NCBI GenBank assembly: GCA_964439325.1
Contig: CAYTNW010000002.1
Location: 31,821 to 95,820, forward strand
Direction of reading: 5' to 3'
Length of the DNA stretch: 64,000 bases
Source: an uncultured Leptospirales bacterium
Lineage (GTDB): Bacteria; Spirochaetota; UBA4802; UBA5550
This document shows, in pieces, positions 37,819 through 47,035 of this stretch; position 1 is the stretch's first letter; each line of letters begins with the position of its first letter. Made by a program: the position numbers and the translations under genes. Under the pieces are notes generated by a model. The model saw nothing but the letters and a program-made list of their open reading frames with translations, had not been told where the DNA came from and did no database searches.

Positions 37819-39885
37819 ATGAAATTAAAAACAGTAATACAGGTGGTGTTATTAGCCGCGGCGGTTGCCATAACAGCATGCGGAGGCGACAGCAAGAAAA
37901 AGGTAAGTAGCCAGCCCTTTATAACAGTATGGGATACAACATTGACCGGAACAGGAACAACGTTATCCAACCAGCTAAAGCTGCCCCTTGATGCTTCCGG
38001 AACATATGATTTTTACGTTAAATGGGGGGATGGAAAAACAGATCATATAACTTCATTCGCCCAGACCGAGATCACTCATACATATACAACCGGAGGGATA
38101 TACAATGTATCGATAGACGGGACAATAGAGGGATTCGGGTTTATATCTGCAAGCTCCGGGGACAATATTAAACTGACAGATGTCAAAAACTGGAATAATG
38201 TCAAACTGCATAACAACGGGCATCAGTTTGCCGGAGCGGCCAACTTAACCGGATTCAGCGCCGCAGATGAATTAGACCTGAGCAATATCACCAACATGAG
38301 CGGTATGTTTGAGAATGCGGAACTGTTCAATCAGGATATAAGTTCGTGGGATGTCAGTAACGTAACCGATATGAACGGAATGTTTGAAAATGCATTTGCG
38401 TTCAATCAGGATATCGGGGCATGGAATGTAGGGAATGTTACAGATATGAATTCGATGTTTGCATATGCATCTTCATTTAATCAGGATATCAGCGGATGGA
38501 TAGTGAATAAGGTTACAGATATGAGTTCGATGTTCGACAATGCGTTATCGTTTAATCAGCAGATCGGATCGTGGGATGTGGGCAATGTTGCAAATATGCG
38601 CAGTATGTTTAAAGGGGCTTCGTCTTTCAACGGGGATATAAGCGGATGGAATGTCGCCAAAGTAACTGATATGAGCTCAATGTTTGAAGATGCACAGGCT
38701 TTCAACCAGAACATATCATCATGGAATGTAAGCAGTGTAACAAATATGAATACAATGTTTTACGGAGCATCTGTGTTTAACCAGGATATCAATTATAACA
38801 GTGTTACAGGATCATGGAATGTAAGCAAGGTTACGGATATGAGTTATATGTTCGCCAATGCCATTGCTTTCAACGGGAATATATCCTTATGGAATGTAGG
38901 CAGCGTAACTGATATGAGTTACATGTTCGGTATGGCATCTGCATTCGATCAGGATATCAGTTCATGGAATGTCGCTAATGTAACAAACATGAACGGTATG
39001 TTTGCTTATACATCGGCGTTTAGCAGGGATCTAAGCTCATGGGATGTCTCTAATGTGACAAATATGAGCAGCATGTTTGAAAATGCATCATTCAATCAGA
39101 AACTCGAGTGGGGAAACAGGGTAAGCAAAGTTAAGGATATGAATTCGATGTTTAAAAACGCATCTGCATTCAACCAGGACATAGGTTTATGGAATGTAAG
39201 TGGTGTTACGAATATGAACAGTATGTTTAACGGCGCTTCAGCATTCAATCAGAATATAGGATCATGGAATGTGAGCAGTGTAACGGATATGAACAGTATG
39301 TTCTACAGTGCGACTGTATTCAATCAGGATCTGCATTCATGGGATGTAAGCAAGGTTAAAGATATGAGTTCAATGTTTACCCTGGCAGAGGCATTCAACG
39401 GCAATATAGGATCATGGGTCGTAAGCAGTGTGACAACAATGAGTTATATGTTTTCCTATGCATCGTCATTCAACCAGGCACTCAACTGGGGCAATAGTGT
39501 CAGCAGTGTAACTGATATGAGATTTATGTTTTCTAACGCGACTGATTTCGACGGAGACATCAGTTCCTGGAATGTAAGCAGTGTAACAATGATGAACAGC
39601 ATGTTTCTTGGAGCTGCAGCGTTTAACCAGAATATCGGATTGTGGGATGTGAGCAATGTCGGTGATATGGGGTGTATGTTTAAAGGCGCTTCTGCATTCA
39701 ATCAGGATATAAGTTCATGGAACGTAAGCAAGGTCACGGAGATGAGCAGTATGTTTGAAAACGCAGCTGCGTTTGTGCAGGATCTGCTGTCCTGGGGAGA
39801 TCATATCAGCAGCAGTACTACCTATATGAGTAATATGTTTACCGGCAGCGGAGTTACCACGACGCCGACCTGGTATCCTTATTGA
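37819..39885 (+). CDS. BspA-type / DUF285 repeat surface lipoprotein
   Basis: MKLKTVIQVVLLAAAVAITACGG lipobox, then more than 20 tandem ~25-aa units of the form F-x-x-A-x-x-FNQDIxSWNVSxVTxMxxMF. Confidence 0.85.
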   Translation: MKLKTVIQVVLLAAAVAITACGGDSKKKVSSQPFITVWDTTLTGTGTTLSNQLKLPLDASGTYDFYVKWGDGKTDHITSFAQTEITHTYTTGGIYNVSIDGTIEGFGFISASSGDNIKLTDVKNWNNVKLHNNGHQFAGAANLTGFSAADELDLSNITNMSGMFENAELFNQDISSWDVSNVTDMNGMFENAFAFNQDIGAWNVGNVTDMNSMFAYASSFNQDISGWIVNKVTDMSSMFDNALSFNQQIGSWDVGNVANMRSMFKGASSFNGDISGWNVAKVTDMSSMFEDAQAFNQNISSWNVSSVTNMNTMFYGASVFNQDINYNSVTGSWNVSKVTDMSYMFANAIAFNGNISLWNVGSVTDMSYMFGMASAFDQDISSWNVANVTNMNGMFAYTSAFSRDLSSWDVSNVTNMSSMFENASFNQKLEWGNRVSKVKDMNSMFKNASAFNQDIGLWNVSGVTNMNSMFNGASAFNQNIGSWNVSSVTDMNSMFYSATVFNQDLHSWDVSKVKDMSSMFTLAEAFNGNIGSWVVSSVTTMSYMFSYASSFNQALNWGNSVSSVTDMRFMFSNATDFDGDISSWNVSSVTMMNSMFLGAAAFNQNIGLWDVSNVGDMGCMFKGASAFNQDISSWNVSKVTEMSSMFENAAAFVQDLLSWGDHISSSTTYMSNMFTGSGVTTTPTWYPY
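38221..39800 (+). repeat. coding tandem array of ~75-78-nt DUF285 units
   Basis: Recurrent ...ttcaatcaggatat(a/c)(a/g)g(t/c)tcatggaatgtaagcag(t/c)gt(a/t)ac(a/g)gatatga... along the gene. Confidence 0.8.
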
Positions 39886-39916
39886 TACATGTAAAAAATA
39901 AAAGATTTATATAACT

Positions 39917-39966
39917 GAAAAAACCTGTCATGCAGATGACTTTATCTCTCTGACAGGTTTTTTTTA
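39917..39966 (+). terminator. rho-independent terminator
   Basis: gaaaaaacctgtca-...-tgacaggttttttttatttc. Confidence 0.8.
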
Positions 39967-40114
39967 TTTCTATATAACTTCAGTTGTCAATACTGTATTT
40001 TTCTTGCAATAATCAAACCTGTTAATCTACAATACCTCTATACTGAAATAGAGCATTTCCCCTGCAGTTTTGAACTGTTGGAGTATGTTTACAAAATAGA
40101 AGGCAGAAAAAAAT

Positions 40115-40837
40115 ATGGCAGGCTGGGTTTACGACGAGTACAAATATTGCGGTGTCGACTATTCAGATCTGAAACAGGCTGAAGAGTACGATAATCAGCA
40201 CCGGAAGTTCAGGAATTATGAAAAAGAATTCGATGCGATGATTGAGTTCCTGGCGCCGGATAACAGTGAAAGTATGTCGATGATCGATCTCGGCTGCGGG
40301 ACCGGTGCGACGGCGGTCTATGCCGCGAAAAAGTTTAAAAAGGTGTCCGGTGTCGACGTATCTGACGTTATGATAAACCAGGCAAAGATAAAGGCCGAAA
40401 AAGAGGGTCTTTCAAACATAGAGTTTATCCAGGCCGGATTTTTAACCTACTGTCATCAGAGTGAGCCGGCCGACCTGATAATAACAAGGGCGGCGTTTCA
40501 CCATCTCCCCGACTTCTGGAAACAGGTTGCACTGCTGAAGATGAACAGTATGCTGAGAACCGGCGGTATATTATACATCTTTGATGTCGTGTTTGATTTT
40601 GATCCGGCAGAATACATAACAAAAATCGATGCATGGGTATCGGACTTTGAACAGAAGGCCGGTATAAAATTTAAAGAGGAAGTTGAAACTCATATAAGGG
40701 ATGAGCACAGCACTTTCCGCTGGATACTGGACGGTATGATAAACAAAGCCGGATTTAAAATTGAAAAAAGCAGAACAACAGACGGTCTGTTAATGGAATA
40801 TCACTGCGTTAAAACCGAAGATATACATATACGATAA
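40115..40837 (+). CDS. class I SAM-dependent methyltransferase
   Basis: Motif I MIDLGCGTGATAVY, plus post-I and motif II-like segments. Confidence 0.8.
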   Translation: MAGWVYDEYKYCGVDYSDLKQAEEYDNQHRKFRNYEKEFDAMIEFLAPDNSESMSMIDLGCGTGATAVYAAKKFKKVSGVDVSDVMINQAKIKAEKEGLSNIEFIQAGFLTYCHQSEPADLIITRAAFHHLPDFWKQVALLKMNSMLRTGGILYIFDVVFDFDPAEYITKIDAWVSDFEQKAGIKFKEEVETHIRDEHSTFRWILDGMINKAGFKIEKSRTTDGLLMEYHCVKTEDIHIR

Positions 40838-40856
40838 ACTGTTAGAGGGATAAAAA

Positions 40857-41774
40857 ATGAATGCAGACGGTTCTTACCTGAAAACACCTGACATTTCCAT
40901 AAAGAAGAGCCACTGCACCGGATGCGGCATGTGTGAAAAGGTCTGTCCTGTTCGTATATTTAAAGTCACGAACAAAAAGGCCGAAGTAGTCCGCAGCCGT
41001 GAAGAGTGCTGTCTGTGCGGCCAGTGCGTCGCGGGGTGTACGAAGAGGGCTGTTTCTCACAGCGGATTTAATCATTCGCATTTCAGAAAAGTCTCTCATG
41101 TTCCTATCTATACCGAAAATACTTTCAACCTCCTTTCACAGCGCCGGTCGGTGAGAAATTACAGGGAGAATACTCCGCCCCGTGAACAGATTGAAAAACT
41201 TATAGAGATTGCCGGTTATGCGCCGGGAAGCCCTCACCACAGGATCGGCTGGGTCAGGAATTTCAGTGTCGTTTACGGTCATGAAAACATGAAGATCGTA
41301 CAGGATATGACAGCGGACTATCTGAAAAAGATGCGAAAGCTGATAAAAAATCCCCTTGTACGGATGTTTGCACCGTTTGATGGTTCGCTTGAGGCAGCAT
41401 ATACAGTCCTTCCCGATATAGAGATGAGACTGGATGAATATAAACAGGGGAGGGATGCGATTGTCTATAATGCGCCTGTGGCGGTCTTTGCTTACGCCCC
41501 TCAGAATTCGTCGATGCCTCAGACTGACTGTGACGCCGCTGTTTCATACATTCAGCTTTATGCATATTCGCAGGGGCTGGGAACATGCTGGAACGGCCTG
41601 ATACAGATGGCCGCGGCTGGTGAGCATATGAGGAATTTTTCCAAACTGAAAAAATTCCTCAAAATACCGAAAGGCCATAAATGCTATGCCGCGATCACGC
41701 TCGGGTATCCCTCTGTAAAGCTGCACAGCATACCGGAGCGTGAAGTGAATATTACATGGATTGAAGAAAATTAA
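40857..41774 (+). CDS. 4Fe-4S ferredoxin domain fused to nitroreductase-family domain
   Basis: CTGCGMCEKVCP and CCLCGQCVAGC cluster motifs, followed by a nitroreductase-like core (RRSVRNYRE...). Confidence 0.8.
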   Translation: MNADGSYLKTPDISIKKSHCTGCGMCEKVCPVRIFKVTNKKAEVVRSREECCLCGQCVAGCTKRAVSHSGFNHSHFRKVSHVPIYTENTFNLLSQRRSVRNYRENTPPREQIEKLIEIAGYAPGSPHHRIGWVRNFSVVYGHENMKIVQDMTADYLKKMRKLIKNPLVRMFAPFDGSLEAAYTVLPDIEMRLDEYKQGRDAIVYNAPVAVFAYAPQNSSMPQTDCDAAVSYIQLYAYSQGLGTCWNGLIQMAAAGEHMRNFSKLKKFLKIPKGHKCYAAITLGYPSVKLHSIPEREVNITWIEEN

Positions 41775-42820
41775 TCCGCAAGGTTGTTCCTGTATTTTAC
41801 AGGCGAAATGTCTGTCTCTTTTTTAAAAGCCCTGTAGAAAGATGAATTCGAATTAAAACCGACCTGGAAACAGATGCCCAGAGCAGTTGCAGTTTTATCA
41901 ATTGAAAATATTTTTTTTGCCTCCTCTATCCTGTAAAAATTTATAAAATCATAAAAGTTTTTTTTATAATAAACGTTAAGGATTTCAGAAAGCTGATGAG
42001 GAGTTATGCCTACATGGGTCGCAAGGTCTTTCAGGGTTAAATCGCTCTGGAGGAATAATTTTTCTCCTATTAATTTCGACTCAATATCCATCCGGACCTT
42101 TTCAATGTTCAGTTTGTGTATTTTTGATTTTGCGTATTGAGCCTTTTCAGCCTCTTCCCGCAGCAGGATAAATACCTCGGGGTATCGCATTGTAATAATA
42201 TAAAAAAGTATAATCATAATCATTAAAAGATAATTATCATTAACGCTGGCAGGTGAAAATGCCTGAAAGATGCTGATTATTGCGAACACTGATAAAAAAA
42301 TCATAATTTTCAGAATAGTGGTTCTGTTTTTATCATTAGTCGAAAATTTTCTTAAAAAGTTGAAATTGTGAATAATGAAAACATATAAAATTATTGAAAA
42401 AGTATATAAAGTAAATGAAACAATTTTACTGACAGAGTAATACTTTTGAGCAGACAGAAGATTTGTGACATTTAAAACCAGCATCGTAATCAGGCCCGGT
42501 ATAAATAATAACAGTATCCTCCCTCTCAGTACAAAATCTTTATGGAAAATGCTCTTCATCAGAAAGTATAATAAAACCGCTGTTAGTGAATATGCGGTTT
42601 TAAAAACAATATCCAGTGCTCTTGATAAAACCGGAGAGTTCAGTATGGGAAAAAAGTAATCTGCGGTATCGCAGAAAGACCATATGAATATCGAGATAAA
42701 TGAGAAGGCATAGTAGTAGTTTGATTTATTTTTATTTCTGATCGCCAGCTGGCCCATGGCAAGCACTAATGCAAGCAGAGATGTCAATAGATTGAAAGAG
42801 TGTTGGATACAATCAGTCAT
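41771..42820 (-). CDS. AraC-family transcriptional regulator with N-terminal multi-TM membrane domain
   Basis: ~230 aa of TM helices, then a C-terminal HTH_18-like region (LTLKDLATHVGITPHQLSEILN...GFNSNSSFYRAFKKETDISPVKYR). Confidence 0.8.
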   Translation of the reverse strand: MTDCIQHSFNLLTSLLALVLAMGQLAIRNKNKSNYYYAFSFISIFIWSFCDTADYFFPILNSPVLSRALDIVFKTAYSLTAVLLYFLMKSIFHKDFVLRGRILLLFIPGLITMLVLNVTNLLSAQKYYSVSKIVSFTLYTFSIILYVFIIHNFNFLRKFSTNDKNRTTILKIMIFLSVFAIISIFQAFSPASVNDNYLLMIMIILFYIITMRYPEVFILLREEAEKAQYAKSKIHKLNIEKVRMDIESKLIGEKLFLQSDLTLKDLATHVGITPHQLSEILNVYYKKNFYDFINFYRIEEAKKIFSIDKTATALGICFQVGFNSNSSFYRAFKKETDISPVKYRNNLAD

Positions 42821-42962
42821 TATATACCAGTAGATCTAATTTAATATGCTAACCGGTGTATCGGTTTTTCATCAACAAATCATTTGTTTACCAATACTGA
42901 ATTTTTAAAAAACTAAAATATCAATACTAAAAAGTCAAACAATACTTTTTTGTCTTTAACCG

Positions 42963-43801
42963 GCTTTTGTCCCATTCCGCTTTGCAATTGAATTATTCTC
43001 ATTTTTTATTAAGCAGCCTGTCTATTTTCTTCAAACACTTATTTACCAAAGCTTTCAATATTTATTAATAGTGAGTCTATGTGATCATGACCGTTTAGTT
43101 TTCGGAAGTTTTTTTCACTTTCAAAAATTCCAGTACATGCCCATCGAATAGCCATATTGGAATTATACAATTCCTTTACCCTTCTGGTAATATTTCGTAT
43201 ACCGCCATTCAGGCTCACAATTGGATTAGTGGTGCTGAGCCTTCTCATACTCCAAGTGCCGTTTTATTGCCTTTTTTTATCTATGCCAAGAACTACAGGT
43301 ACTGTCGTTTTTGCATAGACTATCCCGTCTATCATAATAAAGTGATACGATTCTTTAATCGTTCTGAATTCAAGTTTCAAGTTGTTCTTGAGTCTTTATA
43401 ATAATTATAGCAGGTTGTTGATTCTGTTTCCTTCTCTTTACTGTCCTTAATATTTCTAATACTTGAATGACTTACAGGGATTTTCTGGCCACCAAGTATT
43501 ACCGATGTTTCTTTTGAACTCCACGGATAAATTTCCTGTTATCAATATGTTTATATCTTTCTCTGCATATTGTTGTTATTTTACTCTCAATAATTTCATG
43601 ATATCTATTCATAGCGAAATAACTTTTTCAATAAGGGATTTATGGACCTCATCATTAATCTCTTTTTCTGATAATGCTGTAATTCCTTCTTGCTTTTTTT
43701 TTCCCTCTTTTTTAACTTTCATAGCGGCATCTCCCGGTGCATTATGAAATAATGCACCGGGAGATGCCGCTCAATTGACAACACCATTTGGGGCAAAATC
43801 T
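42963..43801 (-). mobile_element. decayed IS256-family insertion sequence (internal deletion, frameshifts)
   Basis: Imperfect terminal inverted repeats: gcttttgtcccattccgctttgcaattgaat at the left, and on the right (reverse complement) agattttgccccaaatggtgttgtcaattgag. Transposase-like pieces lie on the minus strand. Confidence 0.65.
43039..43722 (-). pseudogene. IS256-family (Mutator-type) transposase pseudogene
   Basis: Fragments in different frames: MKVKKEGKKKQEGITALSEKEINDEVHKSL..., ...YHEIIESKIT..RERYKHIDNRKFIR..., ...ILGGQKIPV..., ...IMIDGIVYAKTTVPVVLGIDKK..., and the tracked ORF 43039-43248 (STTNPIVSLNGGIRNITRRVK...FRKLNGH). Confidence 0.6.
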
Positions 43802-43921
43802 AAGGAAACTCGAGAAATTTTTGATGGTAGTTTGCGACGGTTACGCCGTCATGTTGGTTTCCTGGAAAGACAACAATCCCGGCCCAGGTGCATAACTTAT
43901 GGAAGAGACAACGGAGGCATT

Positions 43922-46339
43922 ATGAAGAGATTGTTCGTCGTTACGATTATATTGTGTCTGTTCTCGTTCGCCGGATGCGGCCTTGACGGCTGCAGCGGGG
44001 AAAATCCGTCCGCTGTGAAAGAGGAAACTACGACCGTCACGGCAACGGGCACGGTGAACCTGCCCGCAGGATCATCGTTTACCATGAATGATGTGAAAGT
44101 CCACGGCATCCTGGGGGAGAGTTCTGTCCAGGCGGACGGGACATTCACCGTGCAGGAACCTTCCACAGGCCTGGCTCTGGTGACGCTCAACGATCCTTCC
44201 GGTAATACGATGCTCATGGGCTATGTGGATGCGGCAGACCCACAGATGGGCAGGATCAGCCCGCTGAGCACGGCAACGGTCCTCATGTTCTTCGGTATCG
44301 GCGGATACACCTTGCCTGCCGAGAACTGGAAAGAAACGCTGGCCCTCATCGAGGCCGAGCAGAAGGTAAAGGACCTGGCGGCAATCATAGAGCAGCGACT
44401 TGCTGTTGACAGCGCTGCTCTCCAGAACAGCGACCAGGCCATCATGGATGCCGTTACAGCGGCCTGCGCAGCACTCAACGCTTCGGGCAACGCCGGTGGC
44501 AGCGGAACCGATGAAGCTGCCACATCGAAGGCCGTTCTTTCAAAGGCAACTGATTCAGAGTTTACGGTCGCCGTGTCCAAGGCAGCATCGAGCAAGGACG
44601 GAGCCACAACACCTGTCGAAATCATGATACCGGACTCGAATCTGTCCGGCGTGCAGGTGAGCGCGAGCCCGAACAGCGACGCTATATTCCTGACCAACAG
44701 CTACCGCCGGCACTGCTGGTACTGGGTCTACTACACGGGTTACCAGGACAAGTCCGGCACGGACCACCTGCTCTCGACCGCCCTGTGGGAGCTCAAGGAC
44801 AACGGCTACCTCAAGTCCACCAACGCTCTGGGCGGCGTAGTCGGCACCTCCATCGACTTTGCCTGGGGCAAGATCCCATACATCCCGGTCAAGGTGGGAC
44901 CCATAACCCTGGACACCATGCCCGCCGACGCGCAGAAGGCCTACTACAAGGTGGTGCTCGTGGGCGGCACGACCTTTATTAACTACCTGCCCCCGGCATG
45001 GGTTACCGAGAACGTCAACAGCGCTGAATACATCAAGATGCAGAACCTCATGGGCCAGATCACCATAGTGAAGGACTACCTCGTGCCCACGCTCTTCGCC
45101 TTCATCCCGGTGGGCAAGCTCAATGGATTCAACGGCAAGCAGCTCGGCGACTTTGCCGCCGGCATGATCGGCATCCTTGTCAAGGGCGGCGTCAATGTGA
45201 CGCTCAACGCCGTGGACGAGAAATACAGCGACATCTGCTGGACGATACTCAAGGCCGTGCTGTCTGAGGGCTCGATCCGGAACGGGGTCTGCGAGTACGT
45301 GGGCACGTGGCTCCTGGGCGCCGTGATGACGGAGCAGGCCGTGAAGGACGTCGGCACCACGGCCAAGTTCCTGGCCGAAGCCATCAAGTCATGCGACAAA
45401 GTGCTCCTCGGCATCGACCTCGGCGCCGTCAGCAAGGATATCGCCATGTCAGACGGGTACGAATGCTTCGACGTCATCGCAGTGAAGCCCGTTGTTCACA
45501 TTGAGCCGGGTACGGCAACAATAACTGCGGGCAGCGAAAGAACCTTCACCGCCATCAAGGGAACAGTGACGGGTGACACGTTCGAGTATCACTGGTCAAT
45601 TACCGGGCAGGCTGGGAGCCTCCGGAAGTCAGATGGTTCTGTTCTTTCCATGACCCAGACCACCAGTGAAGCGTCCATAGTCTATCAGGCGTTGTCCTCT
45701 GCCGAAGAGGGAGCCAGAGATACCCTTTCTGTGGATGTATACCGCAAACAGATCACCGAGTCGGGTGTTGTCTTACAGCTGATAGGATCTGACCAGATAG
45801 TCATAACGATTAGCAAGACGACCGGATTTCAACTCTTATACCGGGAACAGGTGCTTGCATATGACCTGGTCAATGACGGAGACATCTGCCTGTTTAATAT
45901 CGGGTACTTTATCCTGAAGAAGATACCGGGAGCTGCAACCTATGAAATTGCCCTCGACGATCACGGCTTCCCATACATTCCGCCAGAAAATGCTATTCAG
46001 AACGGCCTTAACGTCCCCTCTATGAGAATTGGGAGCCACACCTTCCTGCTAAGCCCCGGCGGCTGGGATGATTATGGCAGTGGCTACGGCAATGGGATCG
46101 TCTACCTCATTGACAAGGACAATCAAGGCTCGTTCGGTTACTACCTCGATCTCGTACCCATTGCGGACGACGAGGTTCTCCTGGTTGTCGGATGTAATGG
46201 AACGACCTGGTCTTCGGCATGGGAAAATGCAGAACAGAAGCTGCGGGAGAGATATGCAAACGAGAACTGCCAGGGGTATTGGGATACCTGGCTCAACTCT
46301 GCCAGATACTGGACTGTTACCTGCACGGGGCTGCAGTAA
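43922..46339 (+). CDS. orphan lipoprotein (805 aa) encoded in a G+C-rich insert
   Basis: GGAGG 6 nt upstream of ATG 43922. MKRLFVVTIILCLFSFAGCG lipobox. Strong G/C third-position bias. One Ig-like segment (VKPVVHIEPGTATITAGSERTFTAIKG). No family recognised. Confidence 0.7.
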   Translation: MKRLFVVTIILCLFSFAGCGLDGCSGENPSAVKEETTTVTATGTVNLPAGSSFTMNDVKVHGILGESSVQADGTFTVQEPSTGLALVTLNDPSGNTMLMGYVDAADPQMGRISPLSTATVLMFFGIGGYTLPAENWKETLALIEAEQKVKDLAAIIEQRLAVDSAALQNSDQAIMDAVTAACAALNASGNAGGSGTDEAATSKAVLSKATDSEFTVAVSKAASSKDGATTPVEIMIPDSNLSGVQVSASPNSDAIFLTNSYRRHCWYWVYYTGYQDKSGTDHLLSTALWELKDNGYLKSTNALGGVVGTSIDFAWGKIPYIPVKVGPITLDTMPADAQKAYYKVVLVGGTTFINYLPPAWVTENVNSAEYIKMQNLMGQITIVKDYLVPTLFAFIPVGKLNGFNGKQLGDFAAGMIGILVKGGVNVTLNAVDEKYSDICWTILKAVLSEGSIRNGVCEYVGTWLLGAVMTEQAVKDVGTTAKFLAEAIKSCDKVLLGIDLGAVSKDIAMSDGYECFDVIAVKPVVHIEPGTATITAGSERTFTAIKGTVTGDTFEYHWSITGQAGSLRKSDGSVLSMTQTTSEASIVYQALSSAEEGARDTLSVDVYRKQITESGVVLQLIGSDQIVITISKTTGFQLLYREQVLAYDLVNDGDICLFNIGYFILKKIPGAATYEIALDDHGFPYIPPENAIQNGLNVPSMRIGSHTFLLSPGGWDDYGSGYGNGIVYLIDKDNQGSFGYYLDLVPIADDEVLLVVGCNGTTWSSAWENAEQKLRERYANENCQGYWDTWLNSARYWTVTCTGLQ

Positions 46340-46779
46340 GCCGGAGGTATCTAAATCGGAATATGATGAGTGAAAAGGAGTCAGAGAGAATTTGTCAGGA
46401 CATGTGATGTCAGATCCTCTTCAACCGGCTACAGTAGTGTCTTCACCGCCATTGGCGGGTCGTCGCGGCGGATGGGCTTTTGCATCTCGTAGGCCGTGTC
46501 GAGGTTCTTGATAATACTAAGGTAGTAGCCGGGTACTGCGATGTCTGCGCCGGAGAAGGTGATGATCTTCTCTTTCGGGAAAAAATTTATTTTAAACAGG
46601 TCGTATTGAATGTTTTTTATCAAGGAGGAATACTGTATTGTTCTACCGATAATTTTCATTATGATACTTTAACAACAGATTATTGGGTCTAAACTCTCTG
46701 TTTGTTATTGAAGATTCCTGGATAGCAAAGACTTTAAATTACTTCAGTTACCAGAGTGTGGAGTGAAATGCAGTGGACG

Positions 46780-47035
46780 TACAGGGATTTTCTGGCCACC
46801 AAGTATTAACGATGTTTCTTTTGAACTCCAACGGATAAATTTCCTGTTATTAATATATTTATATCTATCTCGGTATGTTGCCGTTATTTCACTCTCAATA
46901 ATTTCATGATATGACTCAATCCATAGCGAAATAATTTTTTCACTAAGAGAATTATGTACCTCTTCATTAATTCCCTTTTCTGATAATGCACCGGGAGATG
47001 CCACTCAATTTATAACACCATCTGGGACAAAATCT
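46780..47035 (-). mobile_element. 5' fragment of a second IS256-family copy (same orientation as 42963-43801)
   Basis: ~85% identical by eye to 43473-43801. Encodes ...LSEKGINEEVHNSLSEKIISLWIESYHEIIESEITATYRDRYKYINNRKFIRWSSKETSLILGGQKIPV. Truncated at ~46780 and lacks ~80 nt around the start codon. Confidence 0.6.

Noticed and set aside
38221-39800. The regular ~75-nt periodic repeats might be a CRISPR-like array.
   Set aside because: The repeats are contiguous with no unique spacers, sit in a single long ORF, and encode the DUF285/BspA protein repeat. No cas genes are present.
43723-43771. The perfect hairpin could be an integron attC site or an IS200/IS605-type subterminal hairpin.
   Set aside because: There is no integron integrase or TnpA(Y1) gene. 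The stem is perfect rather than bulged like attC. It lies inside the IS256-type terminal repeat, directly before the transposase ATG.
43775-43921. N-terminal extension of the tracked ORF 43775-46339 (MTTPFGAKSKETREIF...).
   Set aside because: The extension begins inside the IS end and has no signal peptide. The internal ATG 43922 has a GGAGG SD and gives a canonical lipoprotein signal.
46429-46659. A 76-aa minus-strand ORF at the right edge of the G+C-rich insert.
   Set aside because: Its composition switches from AT-rich (N-terminus) to GC-rich (C-terminus) within the ORF. This suggests a chimeric remnant of a truncated donor gene rather than a functional CDS. I did not annotate it as a gene.
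43473-47035. The ~250-nt direct repeats (43473-43801 and 46780-47035) looked at first like a diversity-generating-retroelement template/variable repeat pair flanking a target gene.
   Set aside because: Differences between the copies include transitions, transversions at all bases and indels, not adenine-specific changes. Both copies translate on the minus strand to the N-terminus of an IS256-type transposase. No reverse transcriptase is present.
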